NCBI GenBank assembly: GCA_964484595.1
Contig: CAZAHC010000001.1
Coordinates: 1-44,126, forward strand
Origin: an uncultured Fibrobacteraceae bacterium
GTDB taxonomy: Bacteria; Krumholzibacteriota; Krumholzibacteriia; LZORAL124-64-63
Length of the DNA stretch: 44,126 bases
Direction: 5' to 3'
The translations under genes were made by a program, and so were the position numbers. Below, one piece after another: positions 36,562-44,126 of this stretch. The notes below the pieces were generated by a model. It was given only the letters and a program-made list of their open reading frames with translations, was not told where the DNA came from and did not search any database. Numbering within the stretch: position 1 is the stretch's first letter; every line of letters starts with the position of its first letter.

Positions 36562-37161
36562 CTACCGGAACAGCGCCTTGAGACTGCCCCAGGTGACCCC
36601 CCGGTTGGGAATGACACCGCCGCAATCGCAGTTGATGCAGCCAACCGGCAGCGTGTAATCGCCGCTGGAGGGGGTCAGAAACTCCCAGTCGGCCATGAGG
36701 TTCCATTCCCCGCAGTAATAACCCGGGTTCTTCAGAGGCGGGGGCTGCTGGCCCGCGTAGGGACCCAGGTAGAAGAAGACCGGCTCAAAAGACAGGGGCA
36801 GGATGGTTACCTCGAGAACCTGTACGGCAGGGGCACCGGTGAAATCGAGCCCGCCGACGGTCCAGTGGCCCTGGGGATAGTCCGGAATCCATATGCCACC
36901 ACCGGTGGGTACGTAGTCGACGATCACGCCGTCAATGGGCGCGTAGGACACGCCGAATCCCCAGCCGTTAACGCAGGCAAGCTTGGGATTGGTGATCGTT
37001 ACCCAGCCGGTGACCGGAACGCCCGGAGTCGCGTCCACGCAGTTGACCTCCCCCCCGGTGTCGAAGTAGAGGCCGAAGCTGTTCAGAGCCGGATCGATCT
37101 GGGCCAGGGTGAGCGCAGGGAGCAGCAGGGCGAGACTGAAGACGATGCCTGGGTACCTCAT
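36562..37161 (-). CDS. secreted protein, C-terminal TWG-tail family member P5 (same core subfamily as P1)
   Basis: The RBS is GGAGGAG. The signal peptide is MRYPGIVFSLALLLPALTLAQ. The mature N-terminus includes LYFDTGGEVNC. The tail is GVTWGSLKALFR-stop. A candidate extended -10 (TGATACAAT on the minus strand) lies at 37211..37219. Confidence 0.75.
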   Translation of the reverse strand: MRYPGIVFSLALLLPALTLAQIDPALNSFGLYFDTGGEVNCVDATPGVPVTGWVTITNPKLACVNGWGFGVSYAPIDGVIVDYVPTGGGIWIPDYPQGHWTVGGLDFTGAPAVQVLEVTILPLSFEPVFFYLGPYAGQQPPPLKNPGYYCGEWNLMADWEFLTPSSGDYTLPVGCINCDCGGVIPNRGVTWGSLKALFR

Positions 37162-37272
37162 GAGTGCTCCTCCGGGAAGGTGGCCAACGGTCCGCCGCGT
37201 TTCCGGGGTAATTGTATCACAACCGGGGCCGGGAATTCATTAGCCCGGACTATTGAATCGTGGCGGGGTGGC

Positions 37273-38754
37273 TCAATCAGGCGCGGATAACCGCACCCAT
37301 CTTGCTTCACGCATGCCGGGGACGACCTCGCGAATGGCGGCCTCGACCGCCTCATCGTAGGGTCGCCACACACCGGTGCGGCCGGTCAGCCAGCAGACGG
37401 CAACGTTGTCGGTGAAGACCGGCCCCGGCGGCCAGGATCCCACTTCCCGGGCCAGCGCCGCGATCGAGGGTTCCTGCCGCCGGATCTCCGCCAGCCGGAC
37501 CGCTTGCCCGCCCAGATGCGGTGGCGCCCAGAGGATCGCGAGGCCAGCCAGGGCAGCCAGGAGCAGCGCGCGCCAGCGCGAACGCAGGGCAAGCCGGCGG
37601 GTCTCCTGGGTGGCCAGGAGCACGGTCTCCCAGGCCAGAACCGGCAGCAACACCAGTACGTGGCGGACTTCCTGGGACAGGAGGGCGTACACGAGGATCA
37701 GCCCGCCCAGGGTGAGCCCGAGCAGGGCGGTCGGACCGGCCGCCCGCAGCTTGCCGTGGCGCCGCCTCCGGCGCCAGGAAGCGCCAGCGAGAACGAGCAC
37801 CCCTCCCCAGACCGGCCAGGGCAGCCAGTGGCCGAGGGTTTCCAGGAAGAAGCGGATACCGTGGCGGACCTTGAGCAGGGTGGGCAAGAGGTTTGCCTGC
37901 AGGTTGGCCAGCGGCGGTTCCGGGGTCAGTCCGCGCAGCCGGGGGTATTCCCACCAGTTCTCCGCCAGATCCAGCTGCAAGGCGTAGGACAGCGGATTGA
38001 AGAGGGGAGAACCGGCGACCCGGGAAACATGAATCCACCAGGGCGCCGTCAGCAGGAGCCACATCCCGCAGGACACCGCCAGGTATAGCCGCAGGCGAGG
38101 CCAGCCGAACCAGCGGCGGTGCGGCGTGGACAGGACCGCGGCCAGCCACCAGAGGGCCGGCACCCATACGAGATCGATCCGCAGGAGAGTCAGGATCCCG
38201 ACCAGGGCGCCGTCGACCAGGGCGGTTCGCAGCCCGGCGGCGAACGGGTTCCGGTCGCGCAGACGCAACCAGAGGGCCAGCAGGAGAAAGGCGCAGGCAA
38301 CCTCCACCCAGCCCCAGTTCACGGCCAGACCCAGCAGGGGATTGAACAGCAGCAGGAGCAACCAGGCCGGCCCGGCGAACGCGGCGCCCCGCCGGAAAAA
38401 TCCGCCGAGTCCCAGCCAGACCGTCAGGGCCAGCAGACCGATCTGGAGAACACGCACCGCCTGCCGGGCCAGTTTGGGATCGCTGTCCACGGCCAGCAGC
38501 GCGGAGGTGAGCAACAGGGCGAACCCGGGTGAACGATGCAACAGCGGCTGGGGCAACTGCCGACCCCACTCGTAGGTGGTGGTCAGCGGGTAGATCACGT
38601 CGCAGCTCAGCCCGTCGCCCTCCAGGAGATTCCGGGCCACGCTGAGATGGTCGTACACATCCGCGCCGGCGTCCCAAGGCTCGGCAGGGTAAAGCAGCAA
38701 CCAGACGACGAGGAAGCAGAGGCCCGCCGCCGCGCCAGCCCGACCAGTGGTCAA
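37273..38754 (-). CDS. GT-C-fold glycosyltransferase-like polytopic membrane protein (ArnT/PMT-like)
   Basis: The 493-aa protein has about 12 TM segments. The first loop, PWDAGADVYDHLSVARNLLEGDG, resembles the acidic loop plus YxxxA motif of the ArnT/PMT family. The TTG start follows GAGGAGGAGGG. Confidence 0.6.
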   Translation of the reverse strand: MTTGRAGAAAGLCFLVVWLLLYPAEPWDAGADVYDHLSVARNLLEGDGLSCDVIYPLTTTYEWGRQLPQPLLHRSPGFALLLTSALLAVDSDPKLARQAVRVLQIGLLALTVWLGLGGFFRRGAAFAGPAWLLLLLFNPLLGLAVNWGWVEVACAFLLLALWLRLRDRNPFAAGLRTALVDGALVGILTLLRIDLVWVPALWWLAAVLSTPHRRWFGWPRLRLYLAVSCGMWLLLTAPWWIHVSRVAGSPLFNPLSYALQLDLAENWWEYPRLRGLTPEPPLANLQANLLPTLLKVRHGIRFFLETLGHWLPWPVWGGVLVLAGASWRRRRRHGKLRAAGPTALLGLTLGGLILVYALLSQEVRHVLVLLPVLAWETVLLATQETRRLALRSRWRALLLAALAGLAILWAPPHLGGQAVRLAEIRRQEPSIAALAREVGSWPPGPVFTDNVAVCWLTGRTGVWRPYDEAVEAAIREVVPGMREARWVRLSAPD

Positions 38755-38782
38755 GATCCCTCCTCCTCTTTGCCTGCCCGGG

Positions 38783-39868
38783 TTACCCGCTCAGCCATCC
38801 CGGCAAAATCTCCACCAGGTGTCCGGCCGTGAAAACCTGCGGTGTTATCGCCTGTAGCAGCAGCACCAGCGCCAGCCGCCGGCGAAAAGGGGCGCCGCCC
38901 TCGCGCAACCCCGCTGCCACCGCCGGCAACAGGCACGGGAACGCCAGCGCCGCCAGCCGCGACGAGTCGTAAGCAAACAAGAACTGGCCGCCGACGCCGA
39001 CCAGCAGCAGCGCCAGGCCCAGCAAATCCGCCCGGTTGCCCTCCCGCCACAGCCACCGGGCGTGCCAGAGCGGCAGCAGCCACAGCCACTGGAATGCCGA
39101 CAGGAAACCCAAAGGTTGCCAGGGCCAGGCGAGCCTCAGGTTCACCAAGGGATCGGCCAGCAGGGGCTGCAGGTAGTAACCCAGCGAATGCTCCACCTCA
39201 CGGTGGGACAGGATCGCCTGATGCGCCAGCAGCCAGATCGCGACGGCCAGCGGGATCCCCAGCAGGATCACGCGGCGGCGACCCGGAGCCGGCCCCGCTT
39301 CCCGCCACAACAACCACCCGAGCCAGGGCAGCAGAAAAAGCGCCCGCTCGTGATTCAGCAGGGCCAGCAGGAAGCAGCCAATCGCCGCCCCGGGCCGCGC
39401 CCTCCCCACCCAGGCGCCGAAAATCAGCAGATAGGTCACCACGTCGGTCAATCCACCATGGTGCAGGGAGGTGCGGGTCAGGAGCGTCAGACCGGGGACG
39501 CCGGCCGTGAGCAGGGCGTCATAGGCGCCGCTGCCGCACCGCAAGGCCCAGCGGGCCGCAACCGCGGGCAGCAGCACGCAGCAGAAAGCGATCAGCACCA
39601 GCAGGCCCTCCCCGCGCAGGCCCAGCAGCCAGGCCAGCAGGGGAGTCAGGAACCGGGGGGCCATCGCGTTGGGCGAGGTACCGAAGGGATCGGCAGCCAG
39701 CTGCACGTTGAGAATTCCCATGAGACTCTCGGGCATCCGGGCGGGGGCGGCCACCAGCGTGGCGACCAGGGTCACCAGCAGACCCGCCACCAGCGAAAAC
39801 GGCCAGGGGCCGAGGCGGGAAAGGAGGCGATCCGGAAGGTCGGTCACCGTCTGCAGGGAGATGGTCAT
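38783..39868 (-). CDS. polytopic membrane protein (about 9-10 TM), unknown function
   Basis: ORF 38783..39868 starts at ATG 39868. It is very hydrophobic and Trp/Leu rich, with conserved-looking loops LHHGG and LNHERALF. It lies 28 nt upstream of the GT-C-like gene on the same strand. Confidence 0.6.
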   Translation of the reverse strand: MTISLQTVTDLPDRLLSRLGPWPFSLVAGLLVTLVATLVAAPARMPESLMGILNVQLAADPFGTSPNAMAPRFLTPLLAWLLGLRGEGLLVLIAFCCVLLPAVAARWALRCGSGAYDALLTAGVPGLTLLTRTSLHHGGLTDVVTYLLIFGAWVGRARPGAAIGCFLLALLNHERALFLLPWLGWLLWREAGPAPGRRRVILLGIPLAVAIWLLAHQAILSHREVEHSLGYYLQPLLADPLVNLRLAWPWQPLGFLSAFQWLWLLPLWHARWLWREGNRADLLGLALLLVGVGGQFLFAYDSSRLAALAFPCLLPAVAAGLREGGAPFRRRLALVLLLQAITPQVFTAGHLVEILPGWLSG

Positions 39869-40006
39869 GGTCGGACCATGCTAACCCGTGAGTTTCGTCG
39901 GGGCAAGCGCAGCCCGACCGGCCGGCGCTTTGAATCCCGGAGACAGCGTACAAGCGCCAGTGGGGTCACAATTTTGTAGATTTTTTCTGAAAAAACTGCG
40001 CCAGGG

Positions 40007-40036
40007 TTGAAAATGCACCTCAGGAAATGGTAAAAT
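40007..40036 (+). promoter_or_regulatory. strong sigma70-type promoter TTGAAA-N18-TAAAAT
   Basis: The -35 box is at 40007..40012 and the -10 box at 40031..40036, inside a local AT-rich island. The next + strand gene starts about 250 nt downstream at 40294. Confidence 0.5.
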
Positions 40037-40293
40037 GTCGGAAGCTAGGGGGTTTCCAGACAATCGGTCGGATCCTGGGCGCTTTCCGCGCCGGTTTTTG
40101 GCGTACCCTCTGGAATGTCGCTTTCACCGGAAACCGGTCGTCCGGGTGTTGCGCCTAGTTGGGAGGAGCTTCTCTGACCCGCAATCCACTCCCGTAGCTG
40201 CTACCCGCAGGTCAGGGGGAGATCCGGGGCAGGGTTGCGCAACGGCTTTTCGCAACCGATCCTGGCGACCAGACAACCTATTGGAGGAACATC

Positions 40294-41013
40294 ATGAGGA
40301 AACTGTGCATGCTCACAATCGCAACCCTGTGCTTGAGTCTGCTGGCGGGCAGCGCCCTCGCCGAGCGGACCGTCGTGCCCACGCCCATCGGCGAGCTGGA
40401 ACTGCAGACCGCCGGCGTCGAGCGCAGCCGCCAGGACTGCACTGTCGGCAACCTCAACACACCTTCCTACATCGTCGGCGGCTGGTTCACCGGCGGCGAG
40501 GGCTACAAGTACCTCTTCAACCCCTTCGAGCAGAACTGTTACTGCCCGCTGGGATTCCAGCTCGAAACGGTCTCGATGATGCTCAACTTCCCCGACACGG
40601 CCACCTTCCCCATCGTGTTCACGGCCTATGTCGACCTGGAAGAGGCCGTCTGGGACGGGAACTGCTGGATTCCGGGACCGGAGCTCTGCGTGAGCGATGT
40701 TTACCAGATCCAGATCGACGAGCCAGGAGCCTACACGATCACCTTGCCGATCGTCTGCGACTGCGCGTTCATGGACTTCTTCTACTTCCTCTCGTTCCAC
40801 TTCATCGACCAGTTCGAGGCGGAGCTGATCACCTGTGATGAGCCCCTGCCCTGCACGGGCTACAACGACTGGGGCAGCGGCTGGGCCGACCTGTTCTTCT
40901 ACGGATTCGACACCATCGGCCTTCCCGTCATCACCGGTGACGTCATCTGCTGCGACTTCCCGGTCGACACGGAGGGCAACACCTGGGGCGGCGTCAAGAC
41001 CCTGTACAAGTAA
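40294..41013 (+). CDS. secreted Cys-rich protein, C-terminal TWG-tail family member P6
   Basis: The RBS is GGAGGAA. The signal peptide is MRKLCMLTIATLCLSLLAGSALA. The tail is GNTWGGVKTLYK-stop. Confidence 0.8.
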   Translation: MRKLCMLTIATLCLSLLAGSALAERTVVPTPIGELELQTAGVERSRQDCTVGNLNTPSYIVGGWFTGGEGYKYLFNPFEQNCYCPLGFQLETVSMMLNFPDTATFPIVFTAYVDLEEAVWDGNCWIPGPELCVSDVYQIQIDEPGAYTITLPIVCDCAFMDFFYFLSFHFIDQFEAELITCDEPLPCTGYNDWGSGWADLFFYGFDTIGLPVITGDVICCDFPVDTEGNTWGGVKTLYK

Positions 41014-41052
41014 GACCACCTGGCCGGGAGTACACCCACTCCCGGAAATCAC

Positions 41053-41085
41053 GGGGCGGGAGGCAAAGGCCTCCCGCCCCTTTTT
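41053..41085 (+). terminator. rho-independent terminator of P6
   Basis: GGGGCGGGAGGC-AAAG-GCCTCCCGCCCC (41053..41080) is followed by TTTTT (41081..41085). Confidence 0.8.
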
Positions 41086-41118
41086 CTCCCCCGTGGTCCC
41101 GGACCGCCCCAACCCGGA

Positions 41119-41655
41119 CTACTTTGTCCTGGCAGGGACGAGATCAAGGAACCTGACTCTCCGGCGCCTATCTGAACTGCCGAAGGTTGCCGAGAAATCC
41201 AGCAGCTTCGCCACGTGATCCCTGATTTCCGAAAGGTATACCTGCTTGCGCTTCTCGCTCGAGATGAACCGGTTTGCCAGTAGCTGGAAGAGAGTGTTCA
41301 CCTCGGAGTTTTCGAGTTCGTGGGCAGTCTGGTAGGCGTCTTCCAGGGTTTCAATCGCCGGCTCCCTGGCCAGCACTCGCTGCAGTCCCCAGGCCATCTT
41401 CAGCAATTCATAATCGGCAGGGAGCAGCAGCTGATCGTTTGGCAGAGATTCCCGGATTTCCTCAAGCGCCTTTTCGTGATGCACCTCGTCCCTGGCCATC
41501 CCTTCCCAGAAGGCAGGGAGTCCCGGCACATGCGAAAATCCCTCGGCCAGCATCAGAAAGAACTCCGCCGCCGATCGCTCGGCCTGGATTGCCAGCTCAA
41601 AAACCGCCGCGAACGTCATTGCCCGGGCGGACGGATCCATGCTTCCCTCTTTCAC
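41119..41655 (-). CDS. ferritin-like (rubrerythrin/DUF-type diiron four-helix bundle) protein
   Basis: GTG 41655 lies 7 nt after GGAGGAA. E...EXXH-like pairs are present (AIQAERSAAEFF, RDEVHHEKAL and AHELENSEVN). Confidence 0.6.
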   Translation of the reverse strand: MKEGSMDPSARAMTFAAVFELAIQAERSAAEFFLMLAEGFSHVPGLPAFWEGMARDEVHHEKALEEIRESLPNDQLLLPADYELLKMAWGLQRVLAREPAIETLEDAYQTAHELENSEVNTLFQLLANRFISSEKRKQVYLSEIRDHVAKLLDFSATFGSSDRRRRVRFLDLVPARTK

Positions 41656-41724
41656 CTGGTTTCCTCCGGTTGAATCCCCGGCGTCGCCCTCCCCGGGCGG
41701 CCCGTCGGGCGGTGCCCCGACCTC

Positions 41725-41762
41725 GGTAGAGCAGGGCAGCGAGGGCGCTGCCCTGCTCTACC
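41725..41762. repeat. perfect 17-bp GC-rich hairpin with a 4-nt loop
   Basis: GGTAGAGCAGGGCAGCG-AGGG-CGCTGCCCTGCTCTACC sits between the small membrane-protein gene and the ferritin-like gene. Neither strand has an adjacent U tract. Confidence 0.7.
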
Positions 41763-41841
41763 GTGGTGTCCCCTCTTTTCGATTGCCTTCGGGAAATATG
41801 CGGCCGGCCTTTAGCCCGGAACCGCGGCGTCGAGAAGCCGG

Positions 41842-42114
41842 TCAGGCGCCGCGGAGCAACAGGCCGATGATGGCCGCAAACAGGGCGAGGTTCATGCAGA
41901 TGACGTAGCCGTAGAAAAGGGGCCCGACCCGGCCGGTCTCGGTCCGCGTCAGGTGGCGATACTCGTCCAGGTACATCAGGATCTTCAGCTTCAGGAGGAC
42001 CCAGTTGACGTGCAGCCCCCGTTGCTGCCGGTCCCGGACGATGAGCATGGCGAATACCACTCCGGCAACGGCGGAAAGGATGGCGAGACCGAGGAAACCG
42101 ACAGTCAGGTACAT
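41842..42114 (-). CDS. small membrane protein (2 TM), unknown function
   Basis: This 90-aa ORF lies directly downstream of nuoN on the same strand, with hydrophobic N- and C-terminal segments. Confidence 0.55.
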   Translation of the reverse strand: MYLTVGFLGLAILSAVAGVVFAMLIVRDRQQRGLHVNWVLLKLKILMYLDEYRHLTRTETGRVGPLFYGYVICMNLALFAAIIGLLLRGA

Positions 42115-42156
42115 AATTCTGGCCCGGAGCGAGGAAAACGGGGCCGCCCCCTCGCT

Positions 42157-43683
42157 CTACATGCTGGAGAAATGAAGGACCGCCCGGTCGGCCATCGCCT
42201 TCAGCGGCGACCAGTAGACACCGAACACCAGGGTCGGCACCGCCAGCACAGCCAGAACCACCATGTGCAGCGGCGCCACGCGCAGCGTTCCGTCGGCGCC
42301 CTCCGGCGCCGCGGTGAAGTACATCGCCCTGCAGATCTTCATGTAATAGAACAGGCTGATCACGCTGTTCAGCACCCCGACCACCGCCAGCCAGAAGTAC
42401 TCGCGGTGAATCACCTCGGCGAACAGGTAGAACTTGCCGATGAAGCCCGCCGTGGGCGGCAGACCGGTCAACGAGAAGAGGAACAGGGTCATCATCGCCG
42501 CGGCCCACGGCGCCCGCAGGCCGAGCCCGGCGTAGTCGGAAAGTTCCTCGCTGCGCAGCCGGTTGTTGATGGCGACGACGAACAGGAACGCCCCGAGGTT
42601 CATCAGCGCGTACACGAGCAGGTAGAAGAGAATCGCCTGCAGCCCGGCGGGAGTGAGCAGCAGGAATCCCATCAACAGGTACCCGACGTGGGCGATCGAG
42701 GAATAGGCCAGCAGCCGCTTGACGTTGCTCTGGCGCAGGGCGACGACGTTGCCGTAGGTCATCGTCACGACCGACAGCAGCGCGATCAGGAGCGGCCAGT
42801 CGATCTTCTGCAGCAGCTCCGCCGAGGCGACCGAGGCGGCGCCGTCCGGCCCGCTCAGCATCGTGGTGTAGAAGAAGCGGATCATCAAGGCAAAGCCGGC
42901 CGCCTTGGGCCCCACCGAGAAGATGGCCGTAACCGGGGTCGGTGACCCCTCATACACGTCCGGGCACCAGAAGTGGAAGGGCACCATGGCGATCTTGTAG
43001 CCCAGTCCGGCCAGGACCAGAACCGTGATGACCAGCAGGGTGAACGTGTCGACGCCCCCGGCGAGAATCGCCTCCCGGATGCCCGCGAAGGTCGACTCGC
43101 CGGTCAACCCGTACAGCAACGAGAGGCCATAGAGCATGATCCCGGAGCTGACCGCGCCGTAGATGACGTACTTGAGCGAGGCCTCGGTCGAGCGCAGGCT
43201 CGTCCGCATGTAACCGGCCAGCACGTAGCTCGCCAGCCCCACCATCTCCACCGACAGGTAGAGCATGATGATGTCGCGCGCCTCCGCCATCACGGCCATG
43301 CCCGCGGTCATCAGGACGATCAGGAAGTAATATTCGCCCTTGTGCTCGCGCTTGCGACCCATGATCTCCTCGCTGGACCAGGAGAACAGGATCGTGACCA
43401 GGCCGATGAAGATGAACAGGATGCGGAAGAAGGCGGCCAGGCCGTCCACGATCACCAGGCTGCCCAGGATCGTGTGCGGCGTCTCGGGAAGGTCGGCCAC
43501 CGCGAAGCCGAGGGCCAGCAGGGTTCCGGCCAGCGATACAAGGAACGGGGCCGCGGCGTGCCGGCCGCGCACGATCAGGTCGGCCAGGAGCGCAAGCAAG
43601 AAGGTGGCGCAGAGGGTCGCCTCGGGCCGGAAGTGCCTCAGGTCCGACCAGTCGGGAATGCTAACGTTCAACACGTCGAACAA
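42157..43683 (-). CDS. nuoN: NADH-quinone oxidoreductase subunit N
   Basis: The 508-aa protein has about 14 TM segments with the NuoN/ND2-type antiporter-like pattern (for example SSIAHVGY and TGLPPTAGFIGKFY). The TTG start lies 6 nt after AAGGAG. Confidence 0.9.
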   Translation of the reverse strand: MFDVLNVSIPDWSDLRHFRPEATLCATFLLALLADLIVRGRHAAAPFLVSLAGTLLALGFAVADLPETPHTILGSLVIVDGLAAFFRILFIFIGLVTILFSWSSEEIMGRKREHKGEYYFLIVLMTAGMAVMAEARDIIMLYLSVEMVGLASYVLAGYMRTSLRSTEASLKYVIYGAVSSGIMLYGLSLLYGLTGESTFAGIREAILAGGVDTFTLLVITVLVLAGLGYKIAMVPFHFWCPDVYEGSPTPVTAIFSVGPKAAGFALMIRFFYTTMLSGPDGAASVASAELLQKIDWPLLIALLSVVTMTYGNVVALRQSNVKRLLAYSSIAHVGYLLMGFLLLTPAGLQAILFYLLVYALMNLGAFLFVVAINNRLRSEELSDYAGLGLRAPWAAAMMTLFLFSLTGLPPTAGFIGKFYLFAEVIHREYFWLAVVGVLNSVISLFYYMKICRAMYFTAAPEGADGTLRVAPLHMVVLAVLAVPTLVFGVYWSPLKAMADRAVLHFSSM

Positions 43684-43737
43684 GGTCCGCTCCTTAGCAG
43701 TCAGCAGGACACGGTCGGGTCGACCGGCCGGGGGCTG

Positions 43738-44126
43738 TTACCCGGCCACGACCTTGATCAGGTTGTTCAGCGTCACCCTCATCAGGTCCAGCACCGGCAT
43801 CGGGTAGACGCCCAGCAGCAGGACGATCAGGCCGATGGGAACCAGGGTGAACATCTCGCGGGTGCTGATCTCGGGCAAGTCGTCGTACTTCGGGTTCTTG
43901 GGTCCGAGGAACACCCGCTGCAGCATCCACAGGACGTAGGCGGCGCCGATCACGATGCCGATGGCGCTGATCATGGTGATCGTGCGGTAGACCGGGAAGG
44001 CCCCCAGGAACACCAGCGCCTCGCTCACGAAGCCGGACAGGCCCGGTAGGCCGAGAGCGGCGAACAGGGCGAACGAGAACACGCTCGTGTAGACCGGCAT
44101 CTGCAGCCCGAGGCCGCCGAAGCCGT
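43738..44126 (-). CDS. nuoM: NADH-quinone oxidoreductase subunit M, C-terminal part (gene continues beyond the window)
   Basis: The frame is open to the window edge (GFGGLGLQMPVYTSVFSFALFAALGLPGLSGFVSE...), which matches the typical NuoM/ND4 C-terminal region. Confidence 0.85.
   Translation of the reverse strand, partial: GFGGLGLQMPVYTSVFSFALFAALGLPGLSGFVSEALVFLGAFPVYRTITMISAIGIVIGAAYVLWMLQRVFLGPKNPKYDDLPEISTREMFTLVPIGLIVLLLGVYPMPVLDLMRVTLNNLIKVVAG

Noticed and set aside
40205-40240. An SRP (4.5S) RNA-like motif, CAGGUCAGG...GAGA...GGCAGG, together with a CCCGCAA box in the P6 leader.
   Set aside because: The flanks do not form the long helix expected for SRP RNA, the 5' and 3' halves are not complementary, and the conserved AGCA/GGAA pattern is imperfect.
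1-44126. CRISPR arrays, prophage or IS elements, integrases, toxin-antitoxin pairs and rRNA/tRNA genes.
   Set aside because: I saw no spaced direct-repeat array, transposase or integrase motifs, terminal inverted repeats or structured RNA gene signatures on either strand.

Overview
High-GC (about 65%) bacterial chromosomal segment, probably from an uncultured lineage. It has no rRNA, tRNA, CRISPR array, transposase or integrase. I call about 40 protein genes. Recognisable content: a selenocysteine-containing selD (in-frame UGA plus a SECIS-like hairpin), the mercury-methylation pair hgcA/hgcB, ispH, the nuoM/nuoN end of a complex I operon, an SbcD/SbcC-like (YhaO/YhaN-like) nuclease-ATPase pair, an HDOD protein, ArsR, a nitroreductase, a thioredoxin-TPR lipoprotein, a fused polytopic-membrane/spermidine-synthase-like protein, and an ECF sigma / anti-sigma / CHAT-TPR module. 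There is also much envelope glycoconjugate machinery: a GT4, two GT-C/ArnT-like proteins, an O-antigen-ligase-like protein and another polytopic membrane protein. The most unusual signal is six signal-peptide proteins with three different core architectures. All six end in nearly the same tail, TWGx[VL]Kx[LI][YF][RK]-stop, with no transmembrane segment, and they are interleaved with the GT-C/Wzy-type membrane enzymes. I do not recognise this tail as any named sorting signal. Other observations: an orphan double-glycine-leader, 4-Cys peptide gene beside the sigma/anti-sigma/CHAT module; a translationally coupled operon of uncharacterised membrane proteins behind the thioredoxin-TPR gene; and three disrupted envelope genes (in-frame TAA, in-frame TAG followed by clearly coding sequence, and one frameshift). 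Several strong promoters, terminators and palindromes were also found, including a roughly 250-nt leader. All functional calls come from motif recognition by eye. No database search was run.
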